Below, piece after piece: positions 62,108 to 64,000 of a DNA stretch of 64,000 nt. The position numbers and the translations under genes are program-made. The notes under the pieces were generated by a model, which was given only the letters and a program-made list of their open reading frames with translations, was not told the DNA's origin and searched no databases. How positions within the stretch are numbered: position 1 is the stretch's first letter; each line of letters opens with the position of its first letter. The stretch covers positions 12,834,001 to 12,898,000 of the forward strand of contig NC_087256.1 of assembly GCF_037042905.1 (NCBI RefSeq), written 5' to 3'. The stretch comes from Lytechinus pictus (Eukaryota).

Positions 62108-62560
62108 TGGTCTAATATCACTTGATCTTCTAATCTTCAGCTGGGCTAACAACATTCGGGCTAAACCCACTTTATAGTCCAATTCTCATTTGGTCTAATG
62201 ACCCTTTGGTCTAATAGCCAATTAGTCTAAAGATCACTTGGTCTAATGACCGCTTGGTATAATAGCCGATTGGTCTAATGACCACTTGGTCTAATAGCCA
62301 TTTGGTCTAATGCCCAGTTGGGCTAATCGTCACATGGTCTAATTGCCATTTTGTCTAATGTATTTGATTGTAACTTGGTCTAATTGCATTTGGTCTAATA
62401 GTCGGTAAGTCTAATCCTCACTTGGGCTATATTGCAGTTGGTCTAATTTCCATTTCCGCTAATTTCCACTTGGTCTAATTTCCAGATAGTCTAACATCAA
62501 TTTCGTCTACATGCCACTTGGTCTAATTTCTAATTTGTCTTATTTCTATTTGGGATAATG
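62108..62560. repeat. left arm: tandem ~19-20-bp units with ttggtctaat core
   Basis: about 20 copies of variants of ttggtctaat. Confidence 0.85.
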
Positions 62561-63771
62561 GTTTGTTGGGATATTCCCATTAGGCCATCATACCTCCAGT
62601 TTATTAATGTTATTTGTGTTTTTCTTTTCATATTTGAACCTGAACACTGTAGAAATTTAATATTGAATTGCATGATGTTCGCTCTCGGCCTTTGATCGAT
62701 TTATTGATTTTATTCGTCAAGAATATCACAGGTGATTACAATGAAATTAAAGAATACCTTGACAGGATAGCCCATGAAAACCGAAAGGCTTATTTCCAAT
62801 GGGGTCCTATTGTTAGTATTCAAAACATTAATATATATATTGTAACAACGAAAAGTATAAACTACGACAAGTACTGGAATATGGTAACAAAATACATATC
62901 CATCAGTCAAATAATTTGCACACACCCGAAGCACCTGAAGCAAACAATAATCTACCTAATATATAAAACACGATTATGTATTAACATACCCTACATTATC
63001 TACAATACTAGAAACCAACTGTACAAAATGTGTACAGTTGTGTATATTAGGCCTATCCATTTTCTTAAATGTAAATGAGAAGGGATGGGGAAGGAATAAT
63101 AAATAAGAACTTGTAAGCGAAAAATACATTAAGAGGAAATGAGAGTGATAAAGGTTGAAAGAAGAAGCCCTACATTAAAAAAATTTGAAGGTTTTTTGAG
63201 GAGGCAAAGGAGTAGAACAAGAAACAGAATGAGAAGATAAGATGAATAGCTACTAACAAAATATTCAAACAAAATTACATGATCAAATGGCTTTGTAACT
63301 TTTTGAATCCCCCAAACTGCATAACTATTTGCTTATTTTCCGCCAAGTTCAAGTATCGTCTGTAATGGTGCATAACACAATAATGTTATTCTGATGAAAC
63401 CCCCGCCATTCAAACATTATAAGCTACAAGGTCCCCAACTTATTGTTCACCAAATACTTAGAATCTGTAAATGTGCATGCGGTGATGTAATGATTACGAG
63501 TATGATATAATTTTCAGCATCATAGACATAATCGATATAGGCCTAATTATAAGAATTATATTTGATTATTGATTAGAATGATTAATTCGATGAGCGACTA
63601 TCTCCTCATTGATAGTCCTTCACAGAGAGGTTTTGCGTCCGCCACCAGCCCTTCCCCTGCTATACCCCTCCAGATCCTGGCAACATGTATTGAGTGATGC
63701 ATGGTGCATTTATTTATCCATGACCATATTTGTTAATTTTAGATCAAATAAATCATAATGAATGATTTTAT

Positions 63772-64000
63772 ATTAGACTAAATGGACATTAGACCGAATG
63801 TGAATTAGACCAACTGACCATTAGACCATATGACAATTAGACAAAATGAAAATTGGACCAATTGACGATTAGCCCAACTGGTCAATAGACCATTTGGCTA
63901 TAAGAGCAAGTGGAGATTAGACCAAGTAGAAATTAGCTGAAGTGGAAATTAGACCAAGTGGTGTTAGAAACACTGGAAATTAGACTAAATGGTTTTAGCC
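63772..64000. repeat. right arm: same units inverted (attagaccaa), runs off the window
   Basis: repeated attagaccaa variants, the reverse complement of the left-arm units. Confidence 0.85.

Noticed and set aside
62108-62560. CRISPR-like repeat-spacer pattern
   Set aside because: The core is only ~10 bp and the intervening bases are short and related; it is a minisatellite or TIR array

Overview
AT-rich eukaryotic (invertebrate animal) genomic window; an echinoderm such as a sea urchin is plausible from the repeat landscape, but that is inference only. Three spliced host genes can be rebuilt by hand with consistent GT-AG phases: SIRT5 (minus strand, 4 exons, 3' end runs off the window start), TMEM230 (plus strand, complete 120-aa CDS, head-to-head with SIRT5) and an HSPA12-type atypical Hsp70 (minus strand, 6 exons from 32622 down to 16998; first exon not found). 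A 1.78-kb near-perfect foldback palindrome with a target-site duplication sits in the SIRT5/TMEM230 divergent promoter. Introns are packed with MITEs, including two hAT-type elements with 8-bp TSDs that bracket one HSPA12 exon. The main feature is an apparently intact, very young 11.07-kb Ty3/Gypsy retrotransposon (49202-60275). It has 1820-bp LTRs, a tRNA-iMet PBS, PNMA-like CCHC Gag, a -1 frameshift signal, and Pol (PR, dUTPase-like insert, RT, RH, IN). It has two odd properties: no TSD, and an 81-bp LTR-internal duplication running exactly from the predicted transcription start to a splice donor. All comparisons were made by eye; no database searches were run.
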